From assembly GCA_965214935.1 (NCBI GenBank), contig CBDCCS010000001.1:106190-170189 (forward strand): a stretch of 64,000 nucleotides of DNA, written 5' to 3'. Positions 47,057 through 56,595 of the stretch are shown here, in pieces. Source of the DNA: Candidatus Velthaea sp. Lineage in GTDB: Bacteria > Vulcanimicrobiota > Vulcanimicrobiia > Vulcanimicrobiales > Vulcanimicrobiaceae. The number at the start of each line of letters is the position of its first letter. The stretch's first letter is position 1. The position numbers and the translations under genes were made by a program. The notes below the pieces were generated by a model, which saw only the letters and a program-made list of their open reading frames with translations, searched no databases and was not told the origin of the DNA.

Positions 47057-47941
47057 ATGCTCAATCCCGAAATTGCCGTGAATCGCCGTCCGATCGACCG
47101 GCTTAGCCGAAGTGCGACGCTGTCCGCCATTGCCGACCGCGTGCAGCCGGTTGTCGCCAAGCTGTTAGCAAGTGCCGGACCGACGGTCGGCAATATCTTG
47201 CACGGCACGATCCTGGGTCATCCGCTTCATCCGGTCATTACCGACGTGCCGGTCGGTGCTTGGACGGTGACGGTGGCACTCGACGCCGTCGAACTCGCCG
47301 GCGGACCGGCGATCCCCGGCGCCGATGCCGCGCTCGTCATCGGACTCGGCGGAGCGGTCGGTGCCATCGCTTCGGGCTACGCCGACTGGTCCGATACGCA
47401 TGAAGATCCGCGGAACCTCGGGATGGCGCATGCGCTCCTGAACGCGGCCGGCTTTGCCTTGTTTGTCGCGGCGCTGGCACTGCGGATAAACGGGCGCCGG
47501 CCCGCCGGGCTGATCGCATCGCTGGCCGGTTACGGTTTCATCGGCGCCGGTGCCTATCTGGGCGGCGAGATGTCGTACGGTGAGTTGATCGGACCGCGCC
47601 ACACCGCCGAGCCGCTTGCACCGGCCGAAGCCTTCACGCCGGTATTGGCCGCGACAGAACTGCACGCGGACCGGCCAGTTCGGGCCGACTTCGGCGGCAT
47701 TCCGATTCTGCTCTCGCGTACCGCCGACGGCGTTGCGGCCATCTCCGCAGTCTGCACGCATCGCGGGGCGCCGCTCGATCGAGGCACCTTCGCCGACGGT
47801 TGCGTTACCTGCCCGTGGCATGGTTCGCGGTTTCGGTTGAGCGACGGCAGCGTCGTTGCGGGGCCGGCTTCTTTTCCGCAGCCGCGCTTCGACGCCCGCA
47901 TTACCGGCGAGCAGATCGAAGTTCGCGCGTTGCCGGTGTAA
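47057..47941 (+). CDS. DUF2231-type membrane domain fused to Rieske [2Fe-2S] domain
   Basis: GHPLHP...D.P.GAW, G..DW, HA..N, LGG; CTHRG...CPWHGS.F. Confidence 0.88.
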   Translation: MLNPEIAVNRRPIDRLSRSATLSAIADRVQPVVAKLLASAGPTVGNILHGTILGHPLHPVITDVPVGAWTVTVALDAVELAGGPAIPGADAALVIGLGGAVGAIASGYADWSDTHEDPRNLGMAHALLNAAGFALFVAALALRINGRRPAGLIASLAGYGFIGAGAYLGGEMSYGELIGPRHTAEPLAPAEAFTPVLAATELHADRPVRADFGGIPILLSRTADGVAAISAVCTHRGAPLDRGTFADGCVTCPWHGSRFRLSDGSVVAGPASFPQPRFDARITGEQIEVRALPV

Positions 47942-47949
47942 CGTCCGGC

Positions 47950-49527
47950 TCAGCGCACGCGCGATTCGGCTAAATCGAGGTCGTATTCGATGCGCCGAAA
48001 AATCTCGTCGGGAATCGAGCCGGCCGCACGCAACTGCATGATTGCAGCGCGCTCCGCTCCCAGCGCCGCGTCTTGCAACTCGTGATCGAAGCGGCTTTCG
48101 GCGGACTCGCCGGCTCCGGGCAAGTGCCGCTGCAAATGATCGATCCGATGTTCGTACTCACTCTTGATGCGCCCGATGATCTCCCATTCCCCGGGCCGAT
48201 TCTCATTCGATTCGATGTCCGTTAAACGGCGCAGGCCGGCACGTAAGGCATGCACGCGTACGTCGATTTCGCGCTGTTCGGCCGCGGCATCGGGCGTAAT
48301 GTGCAGCCAACGTAATAGCGGAATGAGCAGCAAACCTTGTCCGACGAGCGTCACGGCAATGACGCAGAACACGACGAACACGATCGCGTCTCGGTCCGGA
48401 AATGCGTGCCCGGCGGCATCGCGCAGAGGCAAAGCAAGCGCACCGGCAAGCGAAACGATACCGCGCAATCCCGTCCAGGCGATGACCGATGTGTAACGCC
48501 ATGACGGCGACGGGTCGCGCACGCGTAGCGACGCGCTGAGCCGGCGCGGCAGATACGTCGCGCCGAACACCCAAACGATCCGCACGCCGACCGCAATCGC
48601 GCTGACCGTCAGCGCAAGGGCGATATGTCCGCTAAAGAAGTGCGGATCGCGCACGAACAACCGCAGTTGTAAGCCGATTGCTAAGAACACGAACGCGTTT
48701 AATAAGTAAATGAGCACGTTCCAAACGGCGGCGCCGATCAGGCGCGTCTGCGGGCCGTAGATAACGGCAGCGCGGCGACTCACCGCAATCCCGGCGCCGA
48801 CCGCCGCCAAGACGCCCGAAACGCCGAACACTTCGGCACTCAAGTAAGCAGCGTACGGTGCCAGCAGAAAGAGCAGATTATCGATAAGTGAATCGGTCAA
48901 CGCTAGGCGCGTAAGCGTGCGCGTCAAGGCGTCGAGCGCAAAGGCAACCGCCAAGCCGACGGCGATTCCGCCGCTTGCCACGAGCAGCATCGACACGGCG
49001 GCAACGCCGGGCGAGAACGCACCGCTGACGACGGCGACGACGGCGAAGCGGTAGATGACGAGCGCACTGCCGTCGTTGATGAGCCCTTCGCCTTCGAGAA
49101 TCGCGATGATCCGGGGCGGGATACGGAAACGCTCGAAGATCGCGGCGGCTGCAACGGCATCGGGCGGTGAAACGATGGCTCCGAGCACGACTGCCGGAGC
49201 CCAGCCGAAGCCGAACATATGCGCCGTCGCCGCAACGGCGAACGTCGTTGCGAAAACCAAGCCGATCGCCAACAGCAAGATGGGACGAAGATTGCTGCGG
49301 AACAGACGCCAGTCGGTGCTCCAACCGCCGTTGAAAAGTAACGGCGGCAGGACAATCAAGAAAATATACTGCGGTTCGATCGCTATCGCCGGGATGAAGG
49401 GCAAAAACGCAATCGCCGAGCCCGCGGCGACGAAAACGATCGGGTACGGCAGATCAAAGCGTTTCGCTGCGATCGCGCAGACGACGATCGCCGCCAGCGC
49501 TCCGGCAAGGATGAACGGCGTGTCCAT
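47950..49527 (-). CDS. CPA1-family Na+/H+ antiporter
   Basis: LPPLLF, LGAIVSPPDAVA, LEGEGL.NDG, W.GLRG.VSLA.AL; ATG at 49527. Confidence 0.9.
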   Translation of the reverse strand: MDTPFILAGALAAIVVCAIAAKRFDLPYPIVFVAAGSAIAFLPFIPAIAIEPQYIFLIVLPPLLFNGGWSTDWRLFRSNLRPILLLAIGLVFATTFAVAATAHMFGFGWAPAVVLGAIVSPPDAVAAAAIFERFRIPPRIIAILEGEGLINDGSALVIYRFAVVAVVSGAFSPGVAAVSMLLVASGGIAVGLAVAFALDALTRTLTRLALTDSLIDNLLFLLAPYAAYLSAEVFGVSGVLAAVGAGIAVSRRAAVIYGPQTRLIGAAVWNVLIYLLNAFVFLAIGLQLRLFVRDPHFFSGHIALALTVSAIAVGVRIVWVFGATYLPRRLSASLRVRDPSPSWRYTSVIAWTGLRGIVSLAGALALPLRDAAGHAFPDRDAIVFVVFCVIAVTLVGQGLLLIPLLRWLHITPDAAAEQREIDVRVHALRAGLRRLTDIESNENRPGEWEIIGRIKSEYEHRIDHLQRHLPGAGESAESRFDHELQDAALGAERAAIMQLRAAGSIPDEIFRRIEYDLDLAESRVR

Positions 49528-49746
49528 TCGCAGAGGCGTTCTTCCCGGGCGGAGCAGGCTCCGGTTCGACGCAACGGCCACGGCGTCACGACGGCTTTGC
49601 GCTACTCTCTCGAACTTCTAATCCACGACGGATTTGCAGCGACAGGACGCAAGGCCTCAGAATCGAAGGCCCGGCATGTTTGCGCGGCCGAAACTCTACG
49701 GGCCGCCGACTTCATCACGTTCTGTATCGACCCGATTGGGAGAACC

Positions 49747-50706
49747 ATGTCAGTAGTCAACCGCGCGGTATCCGGTCTTGCAACCGCCGCGATCTGCGTT
49801 TCGCTCGCCGCATGCTCGACTGCCAGCGCGACCGGCGGCGACGTCGCTTCCGTCAACGGCCAGAAGATCTCGCGTACCGATTTCGACAAAAAGCTCGAAG
49901 CGGGTCCGGCCGGCAAGTCGGTGCTCACCCAACTCGTCCAGCAATCGCTGGTCGACCAATATGCATCCGACAATAAAATTACTGTCAGCGACGACGAGAT
50001 TGCTAAAAAAGAAGACCAGATCAAACAAAAATATCCGCCCGGTCAATTCGAGCAGGTGCTCAAGCAACAGGGCCTGAGCGAAACCGACGTTCACAATATT
50101 CTACGCCAGACCGTCGTCATCGAAAAGGCCGTCGATCCGCAGATGAAAGTCAGCGATTCGGACGTTAAGGCATACTTCGATAAGAATCATGCGCTACTGG
50201 ATAAGCCCGAGCAGGTTCGCGCGCGCCACATCCTGGTAGCGGACGAAAAAACCGCGCAAGAAGTCGAGGCGAAACTTAAATCGGGCGGCGACTTTGCGGC
50301 GCTCGCCAAGCAATATTCGACCGACCCGTCGAGCAAAGACAAAGGCGGCGAGCTGGGCTTCTTCGGCAAAGGTCAAATGGTGCCGTCGTTTCAAGCTGCC
50401 GCGTTCGCCGCGGCGGTCGGGACCATCACCGCGCCGGTGAAGTCGCCCTTCGGCTACCACGTCATTCAAGTCGAAGAAAAGAAGCCGGCAACCAAAGCGA
50501 CCATGGCCGGCGCCCACGATCAAATCGTCGCGCAGCTCAAACAGCAGCAGCAGTCGCAGCAGATTCCCGTATTCTTGCAGCAGCTCAAGTCCAAGGCGAA
50601 GATCGAAGTGTACGACGACTCGCTCAAAGACGCGTTCCCGTCGCCGCTTCCGGCGGCCGCCGATGCATCAGCCGGTCCGGCAGCGTCGGCACCTGCACCG
50701 AAGTAA
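49747..50706 (+). CDS. prsA: PrsA-like parvulin peptidyl-prolyl isomerase lipoprotein
   Basis: Lipobox LAAC, VA.VNG..I, VRARHILV, F..LAK.YS.D, GGELG.F..GQMV..F, PVKS.FGYHVI. Confidence 0.9.
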   Translation: MSVVNRAVSGLATAAICVSLAACSTASATGGDVASVNGQKISRTDFDKKLEAGPAGKSVLTQLVQQSLVDQYASDNKITVSDDEIAKKEDQIKQKYPPGQFEQVLKQQGLSETDVHNILRQTVVIEKAVDPQMKVSDSDVKAYFDKNHALLDKPEQVRARHILVADEKTAQEVEAKLKSGGDFAALAKQYSTDPSSKDKGGELGFFGKGQMVPSFQAAAFAAAVGTITAPVKSPFGYHVIQVEEKKPATKATMAGAHDQIVAQLKQQQQSQQIPVFLQQLKSKAKIEVYDDSLKDAFPSPLPAAADASAGPAASAPAPK

Positions 50707-50745
50707 GCCCAGCCGGCACGGCCGGATCGCGGGAGAGTTCCTAGC

Positions 50746-51936
50746 GTGACAATCGACGCAACGATGCGCGTTGTCGGGCTGGGACCCGGCGATCCGGACC
50801 TCTTGACCCTCGGCAGTCGCGAGTCGCTGCGCGCCGTCGGCAGGGCCGCGACGGTACTTGCCCCGCCGGCACTTGCACTCTTCCTTGAGAGCGACGGCAT
50901 CCTCATCGAGCGCAACCTGATCTCGGATCAAGGGCTGTTCCTGCGCGGCTCGACGGAGGTGATCGATTCGTTCGTCGCCCGGCTCGACCGCCGCCCGCTC
51001 GCGCTCGCGGTGTTGGGCAACCCGCTCTCGGATTTTCCGGGGTTGCCGATCTTGCTGCGCGCGCTCGAGCGGCATGGAACGAGCGTTGAGATTGTCCCGG
51101 GGATGCCGCGTGCGACGTTATCGGCGTCGATTGCGATGCCGCTCGTGCCGCTGCCGTCCGGATCGATGCACCATACCTGGGATGATCTTGTCGAGATCAT
51201 GGCGCGATTGCGGCGCTCGTGTCCGTGGGACCGCGAGCAGACGCACGAATCGCTCGTGCGTTATCTGGTCGAAGAGACCTTCGAGGTCGTTGAAGCAATC
51301 GAGTCGCGCGACGAAGACAACATTTGCGAGGAACTCGGCGATCTCTTATTTCAAGTCGTTTTTCATGCGCAGCTCGGAACCGAACGCGGCAAATTTTCGG
51401 TAGCCGACGTGATCGACGGCTTATCCAACAAGATGATTCGGCGTCACCCGCACGTGTTCGGCGACGTAGCCGTTGCGAATGTCGATCAGGTTTGGGCCAA
51501 CTGGGAGCAGCTCAAGTCGCTGGAAAAGAGCGGCCAGAATCGCAGCTCCAAACTCGATGGTATTCCCGAAGGTCTCGGTGCGCTCGCACGCGGACAGAAA
51601 ATGCAGGAAAAAGCTGCACGGGTCGGTTTCGATTGGACGGCCGCTTACGAAATTACCGCTAAGCTGGCCGAAGAAATGCGTGAACTTGCTGAAGCCCGAA
51701 GCGCCGGCGACGCTGCGCACGTGCGCGAAGAACTCGGCGACGTGCTGTTCACGGTCGTCAATTTGGCCCGCCGATTGGGCGTCGACGGCGAAGGCGCGAT
51801 GCGCGATGCAAATCGCAAATTCGAGCGGCGGTTTCGACACATGGAGATGAACGCATTAGCGCTCGGACGGCCGCTCGCGGAGATGTCGATCGTGGAACTC
51901 GAATCGCTATGGCAGCAAGCGAAGACGGCGGCCTAA
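50746..51936 (+). CDS. mazG: MazG nucleoside triphosphate pyrophosphohydrolase with YabN-like N-terminal domain
   Basis: [58 protein letters not shown]. Confidence 0.93.
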   Translation: MTIDATMRVVGLGPGDPDLLTLGSRESLRAVGRAATVLAPPALALFLESDGILIERNLISDQGLFLRGSTEVIDSFVARLDRRPLALAVLGNPLSDFPGLPILLRALERHGTSVEIVPGMPRATLSASIAMPLVPLPSGSMHHTWDDLVEIMARLRRSCPWDREQTHESLVRYLVEETFEVVEAIESRDEDNICEELGDLLFQVVFHAQLGTERGKFSVADVIDGLSNKMIRRHPHVFGDVAVANVDQVWANWEQLKSLEKSGQNRSSKLDGIPEGLGALARGQKMQEKAARVGFDWTAAYEITAKLAEEMRELAEARSAGDAAHVREELGDVLFTVVNLARRLGVDGEGAMRDANRKFERRFRHMEMNALALGRPLAEMSIVELESLWQQAKTAA

Positions 51937-51947
51937 GTCCGTCCGTC

Positions 51948-52328
51948 ATGCTGCGCGTGCGCATGAGCGCGCACGATGCGCATTACGGCGGCGATTTGGT
52001 CGACGGCGCGCGCATTCTCGCGCTCTTCGGGGACGTCGCGACGGAACTGCTCGTCCGTTCCGACGGCGACGAAGGTTTGTTCGCCGCATACGATTCGATT
52101 GAGTTTCGCGCTCCGGTACATGCCGGCGATTTCATCGAAGCGTCGGGCCGAATCGTCGCATTCGGCGCAACCTCACGCCGCATGGAATTCGAGGCGCGTA
52201 AAGTCATCGCACCGCGCAGCGATATCTCGCCGAGTGCCGCCGACGTTCTCGACGAACCGGTCATCGTCGTTCGCGCAAGCGGTACGTGCGTTGTTCCCCG
52301 GACTAACCAGCGCGTGCAGCGCTATTAG
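51948..52328 (+). CDS. kal: Hotdog-fold protein, 3-aminobutyryl-CoA ammonia-lyase-like
   Basis: [16 protein letters not shown].....FGDVATEL....[21 protein letters not shown]. Confidence 0.75.
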   Translation: MLRVRMSAHDAHYGGDLVDGARILALFGDVATELLVRSDGDEGLFAAYDSIEFRAPVHAGDFIEASGRIVAFGATSRRMEFEARKVIAPRSDISPSAADVLDEPVIVVRASGTCVVPRTNQRVQRY

Positions 52329-52453
52329 CACGGAGACCCGTTTGCGGTTGCACCTGCTCCGCCGTTCACGCTCTGCGCACTCCCGCACGCAGAGCGCGTG
52401 CGGCCACATTGAGGCAGCGCGCCCGACGCTCGTAGTTACGGGGATGGTGTTGC

Positions 52454-52735
52454 CTGCGGCTCGATAAATTTCTGAAAGTGTCGCGCTTGTCGAAGCGCCG
52501 CGCGGAAGCCAAGGAAGGGATCGAGGCCGGCCGCGTCAGCAAAGACGAGCGTCCGCTCAAACCCGGTTACGATGTGAAAGCCGGCGACGTGCTGGTCATC
52601 CATTATCGAACGAAATTCCTGACCGTCCGTGTTTTGATGGTACCCGAGCGCGTTCTGCCGTCGCTCAAGCCGGCCGATATGTACGAAATCGTCGACGAGC
52701 GCAAAGACGACCCGCGCGATTGGCTCGATGGCTAG
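52454..52735 (+). CDS. S4-domain RNA-binding protein (YabO/RqcP, Hsp15-like)
   Basis: (M)RLDKFLKVSRL.KRR..AKE....GRV......KP...VK.GD; the conserved N-terminus requires CTG at 52454. Confidence 0.88.
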   Translation: MRLDKFLKVSRLSKRRAEAKEGIEAGRVSKDERPLKPGYDVKAGDVLVIHYRTKFLTVRVLMVPERVLPSLKPADMYEIVDERKDDPRDWLDG

Positions 52736-53642
52736 GCACGCCTCCGCGCTGTCGGGTGATGCGAAAGATGCAATTGCGCGCGACTCGCCGGCTCAGGCGC
52801 ATTGCCGTATTGCGCTGCGCGCCGGGTTGGCGTATTTCGGCAGCGTTGCGACACCGGCCGGATGGGCGTTCCGCACGCGGCGCGCAGCGATCGCGCGCCT
52901 GTTTCGCACCCTGCTCGATGACCGCAACTCCGGACCGGTGCGCCGTTCGCCCGAGCCGCGGCTTTACCGTTCGACGACGTACGAGATCGACATCGACGAT
53001 GCATTGGCGGCACCGCCGCCGCGGCCGCGCGCGCGCTGCGACCGGCGAATGGAACTGCGCGCCGCATTCTTAGCCTGCGGATCGCTGGCCAATCCGCAGC
53101 ACGGCTATCACCTCGAATTCGTTTGTGCCGACCGCGATCGCGCCGAACGGATACGCGCCTTGCTTGCACGCGAATCGATCGCAGCGAAACGCACGCGCCG
53201 CAAGAGCCGTGAACTCATTTACCTCAAAGGGCTCGATGCGATCGTCGCCGTGTTGTCCGCGATCGGCGCGTATGCCGCAGTTCTCGCCCTTGAAGATATT
53301 CGCGCGATGAAAGAAACGAAAAATCGCATTCACCGCATCGTCAACACGGAAGCGGCAAACGTGGTGCGCGCGGCGAGCGCAGCCGCAACGCAACGCGATG
53401 CGATTGCTTTTCTCGCCGACGCATATGGACTGCGAAATCTTTCACCCGTCCTGCGCGAAAGCGCCGGTTTGCGGCTCGCGCATCCCGATGAATCGCTAGC
53501 GGAACTCGCCCGGCGCTGTAATCCACCGGTCAGCAAAGCAACGCTCAACGGCAGAGTGGCTGCGCTCATGCGGCTCGTGCGCCGCCTGCGCGGACAGGCG
53601 GCGGCCGATGTATTAGAGGAGCCGGGAGCCGCGCATGGCTAA
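52728..53642 (+). CDS. whiA: DNA-binding protein WhiA
   Basis: LR.AFLA.GS..NP..GYHLEF, YLK, R..N.E.AN, RL.HPD.SL.EL......SK. Confidence 0.9.
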   Translation: MARHASALSGDAKDAIARDSPAQAHCRIALRAGLAYFGSVATPAGWAFRTRRAAIARLFRTLLDDRNSGPVRRSPEPRLYRSTTYEIDIDDALAAPPPRPRARCDRRMELRAAFLACGSLANPQHGYHLEFVCADRDRAERIRALLARESIAAKRTRRKSRELIYLKGLDAIVAVLSAIGAYAAVLALEDIRAMKETKNRIHRIVNTEAANVVRAASAAATQRDAIAFLADAYGLRNLSPVLRESAGLRLAHPDESLAELARRCNPPVSKATLNGRVAALMRLVRRLRGQAAADVLEEPGAAHG

Positions 53643-54672
53643 CGGTGCCGACGCTATGCGCATAGGAATTAACGGCTTCGGCCGCATCGGCCGTAACTTC
53701 ACGAAGGCGCTTCTCGAACGGTATCCGACGGTCGAAATCGTTGCGGTCAACGATCTCACAAGTCCCGCCGAGAGCGCGCATTTGTTCAAATATGACTCGA
53801 ATTACGGTACCTTCGCGGGTGACGTCGGCGCGACGGCCGATAGCGTCGTCATCGACGGCCGGCCGATAAAAATATTAGCCGAACGCGATCCGGCGAAGTT
53901 ACCGTGGAAAGATCTCGGCGTCGATGTCGTTATCGAGTCGACCGGTATCTTTACCGATGCCGCTAAAGCACGCGCCCACATCGACGGCGGCGGGGCCAAG
54001 AAAGTCATCATCTCGGCGCCTGCAAAGGGTGAAGATATTACGCTCGTGCTGGGCGTGAACGACGACAAATATCAACCCGGCGCACATCAAATCATCTCGA
54101 ACGCGTCGTGCACGACGAATTGCCTGGCAACGGCCGTAAAACCGATCGTCGACGAACTCGGCTGGGAAAAGGCGTTCATGTCGACGATTCATAGCTATAC
54201 CAACGATCAGAATATCCTCGACGGTCCGCACAAAGATCTGCGGCGCGCGCGCAACGCGGCGACCAACATCATACCGACGTCGACCGGTGCCGCGAAAGCA
54301 CTCTATTTAACGATACCCGAAGTGCAAGGCACCTTCGACGGCTTCGCGCTGCGTGTCCCGACGCCGACGGTATCGATGGTTTATCTCGTTGCCATCGTCA
54401 AGCGAGAAACGACGCGGGAAGCACTGAACGCAATATTGCGCAATGCCGCCCATTCATCGCTCAAGGGCATCCTTGAATACACCGAAGAAGAGCTCGTTTC
54501 GAGCGACTTCAAACAGAACGCTCACAGCTCGATCATCGACGGTAAGCTGACCAACGCCAACGGGACGATGATTCAGATTGCCGCCTGGTACGATAACGAA
54601 TGGGGCTATTCGTGCCGGCTCGCGGACGTCGCGCACATGGTGCTCGCGAAACTGCCGGCGGCCGTCGCCTGA
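53635..54672 (+). CDS. gap: Glyceraldehyde-3-phosphate dehydrogenase (type I)
   Basis: [46 protein letters not shown]. Confidence 0.97.
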   Translation: MANGADAMRIGINGFGRIGRNFTKALLERYPTVEIVAVNDLTSPAESAHLFKYDSNYGTFAGDVGATADSVVIDGRPIKILAERDPAKLPWKDLGVDVVIESTGIFTDAAKARAHIDGGGAKKVIISAPAKGEDITLVLGVNDDKYQPGAHQIISNASCTTNCLATAVKPIVDELGWEKAFMSTIHSYTNDQNILDGPHKDLRRARNAATNIIPTSTGAAKALYLTIPEVQGTFDGFALRVPTPTVSMVYLVAIVKRETTREALNAILRNAAHSSLKGILEYTEEELVSSDFKQNAHSSIIDGKLTNANGTMIQIAAWYDNEWGYSCRLADVAHMVLAKLPAAVA

Positions 54673-55850
54673 ACTTCAAGACACTTCGCGACATCGACGT
54701 TCGCGGCAAACGCGTCGTCGTTCGCGAAGATTTGAACGTTCCGATGAAAGACGGTGCGATCGGCGACGAGACGCGGCTCACCGCCGCGCTGCCGACGTTA
54801 CGCTACTTGCACGAGCACGGCGCACGAACGATCGTGCTTTCGCATTTAGGCCGGCCCGACGGCCGGGTGAACGACAAGTACTCGCTGCGTCCGCTTGTCG
54901 CGCGCTTAGCAGAATTGCTGTCGACGCCGGTAACATTCGTCGACGACTGCATCGGCGAAGCATGTGTCGATGCATCGCATGCCTTGACGAACGGCGGCTT
55001 CGTGCTGTTCGAGAACGTTCGCTTTCATCCCGAAGAAGAAGCGAACGATCCGCTCTTTGCCAGTGAGTTAGCCGCGAGCGGCGATATCTACGTCAACGAT
55101 GCGTTCGGCAGCGCGCATCGTGCACACGCGTCGACCGCCGGTATCGCCGCCGTTTTGCCGGCGTATGCCGGCTATCTCATGGAAGCGGAACTCGCGGCAC
55201 TTTCAAAACTCACCGACGATCCGGTGAAGCCGTTCATCTGCGCGATCGGCGGAGCGAAAGTCGCCGACAAAGTCGGCGTTTTCGCGAATTTGCTCACGCG
55301 CGTCGACGCGTTCGTTATCGGCGGCGGCATGGCCAACACATTTCTAGCCGCGCAAGGCATCGACGTCGGCACCTCGCTGCGCGATCCGGACTTATTACCC
55401 GCAACAAGTATCATCGCCAACGCGAAACAGCGCGGCATCACCTTGCACTTGCCGATCGATTGCGTGGTGGCCGACAATTTCAACGCCGACGCCGGAGCGA
55501 CGGTTGCGGGTCTCGATGCGATCGGCGATCGGATGATTCTCGACATCGGACCGCGGACGGCCGACGCATATGCCGTTGCGTTGCGCGCTGCAAAAACGAT
55601 CGTCTTCAACGGCCCGATGGGCGTCTACGAGAAGCCCGCTTACCAAAACGGAACGCGAGTCGTCGGCGCCGCGATTGCCGCCGCGACGAAAGCCGGTGCC
55701 GTTAGTGTCGTCGGCGGCGGTGACGCTGCCGCCGCCGCGCATGCGCTGGGATTCGCCGCCGCGATGACGCACATCTCGACCGGCGGCGGCGCCACGCTCG
55801 AATTTCTCGAAGGCAAAACGCTGCCCGGAGTTGCGGCGCTTGAGCGCTAG
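54669..55850 (+). CDS. pgk: Phosphoglycerate kinase
   Basis: KT.RDID..GKRV.VR.D.NVP, SHLGRP, ENVRF, NDAFG.AHRAHAS, GGAKV.DK, STGGGA.LEFLEG; probable CTG start overlapping the gap stop. Confidence 0.96.
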   Translation: MNFKTLRDIDVRGKRVVVREDLNVPMKDGAIGDETRLTAALPTLRYLHEHGARTIVLSHLGRPDGRVNDKYSLRPLVARLAELLSTPVTFVDDCIGEACVDASHALTNGGFVLFENVRFHPEEEANDPLFASELAASGDIYVNDAFGSAHRAHASTAGIAAVLPAYAGYLMEAELAALSKLTDDPVKPFICAIGGAKVADKVGVFANLLTRVDAFVIGGGMANTFLAAQGIDVGTSLRDPDLLPATSIIANAKQRGITLHLPIDCVVADNFNADAGATVAGLDAIGDRMILDIGPRTADAYAVALRAAKTIVFNGPMGVYEKPAYQNGTRVVGAAIAAATKAGAVSVVGGGDAAAAAHALGFAAAMTHISTGGGATLEFLEGKTLPGVAALER

Positions 55851-56595
55851 AGCCCTTATCGTCGGCAATTGGAAGATGAATAAAACACCGGCGCAAGCCG
55901 CGGACTTCGTGCGCGCGCTACGCGCGCTCGAGCCGGATCTTCAACATGCCGACGCAGTTATTTGTCCGGCATTCATCGCGCTCGCGGCGGCGCATGACGC
56001 GCTGGGCGATAGCCGAATCGGACTCGGCGCGCAAAACATGCACTGGGCGGACAGCGGCGCCTACACCGGCGAGATATCGCCGCTTATGCTTTCGGCTTGC
56101 GGCGTCCGCTGGGTCATCCTCGGCCATTCGGAACGGCGGTTACTATTCGGCGAGACCGACATCGCGATCGCGCGTAAAGTCCCCGCGGCGCTCGAACACG
56201 GTTTCATTCCGATCGTGGCGGTCGGCGAGACGCTCGAAGAACACAGCGCCGGGCTGGCGTGCGAACGAGTGGTCGCGCAAACGCGGGCCGCCTTTGCGGA
56301 AATCGGCGCAGCCGACGTTGCGCGCTGCGTCGTTGCCTACGAACCCGTTTGGGCGATCGGCACCGGCAACGTCGAACAGCCGGCCGACGCCAATGCGATC
56401 ATGGCTGCAATCCGCAGCGCGGTGACCGGTCTGCAGACGGCGCGCCTGCTCTACGGCGGCAGCGTTAAAGCGGACAACATCGCCGCGCTCATCGCCCAAG
56501 AACACATCGACGGCGCACTCGTGGGCGGAGCGAGTCTTGAACCGCCGGCTTTCGCTACACTGCTGCGCAACGCGCATAAGGGAGTCGCTGCATGA
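55840..56595 (+). CDS. tpiA: Triosephosphate isomerase
   Basis: [45 protein letters not shown]. Confidence 0.97.
   Translation: MSARALIVGNWKMNKTPAQAADFVRALRALEPDLQHADAVICPAFIALAAAHDALGDSRIGLGAQNMHWADSGAYTGEISPLMLSACGVRWVILGHSERRLLFGETDIAIARKVPAALEHGFIPIVAVGETLEEHSAGLACERVVAQTRAAFAEIGAADVARCVVAYEPVWAIGTGNVEQPADANAIMAAIRSAVTGLQTARLLYGGSVKADNIAALIAQEHIDGALVGGASLEPPAFATLLRNAHKGVAA

Noticed and set aside
50746..51936. mazG as an anti-phage defence gene
   Set aside because: Housekeeping YabN-type architecture and context
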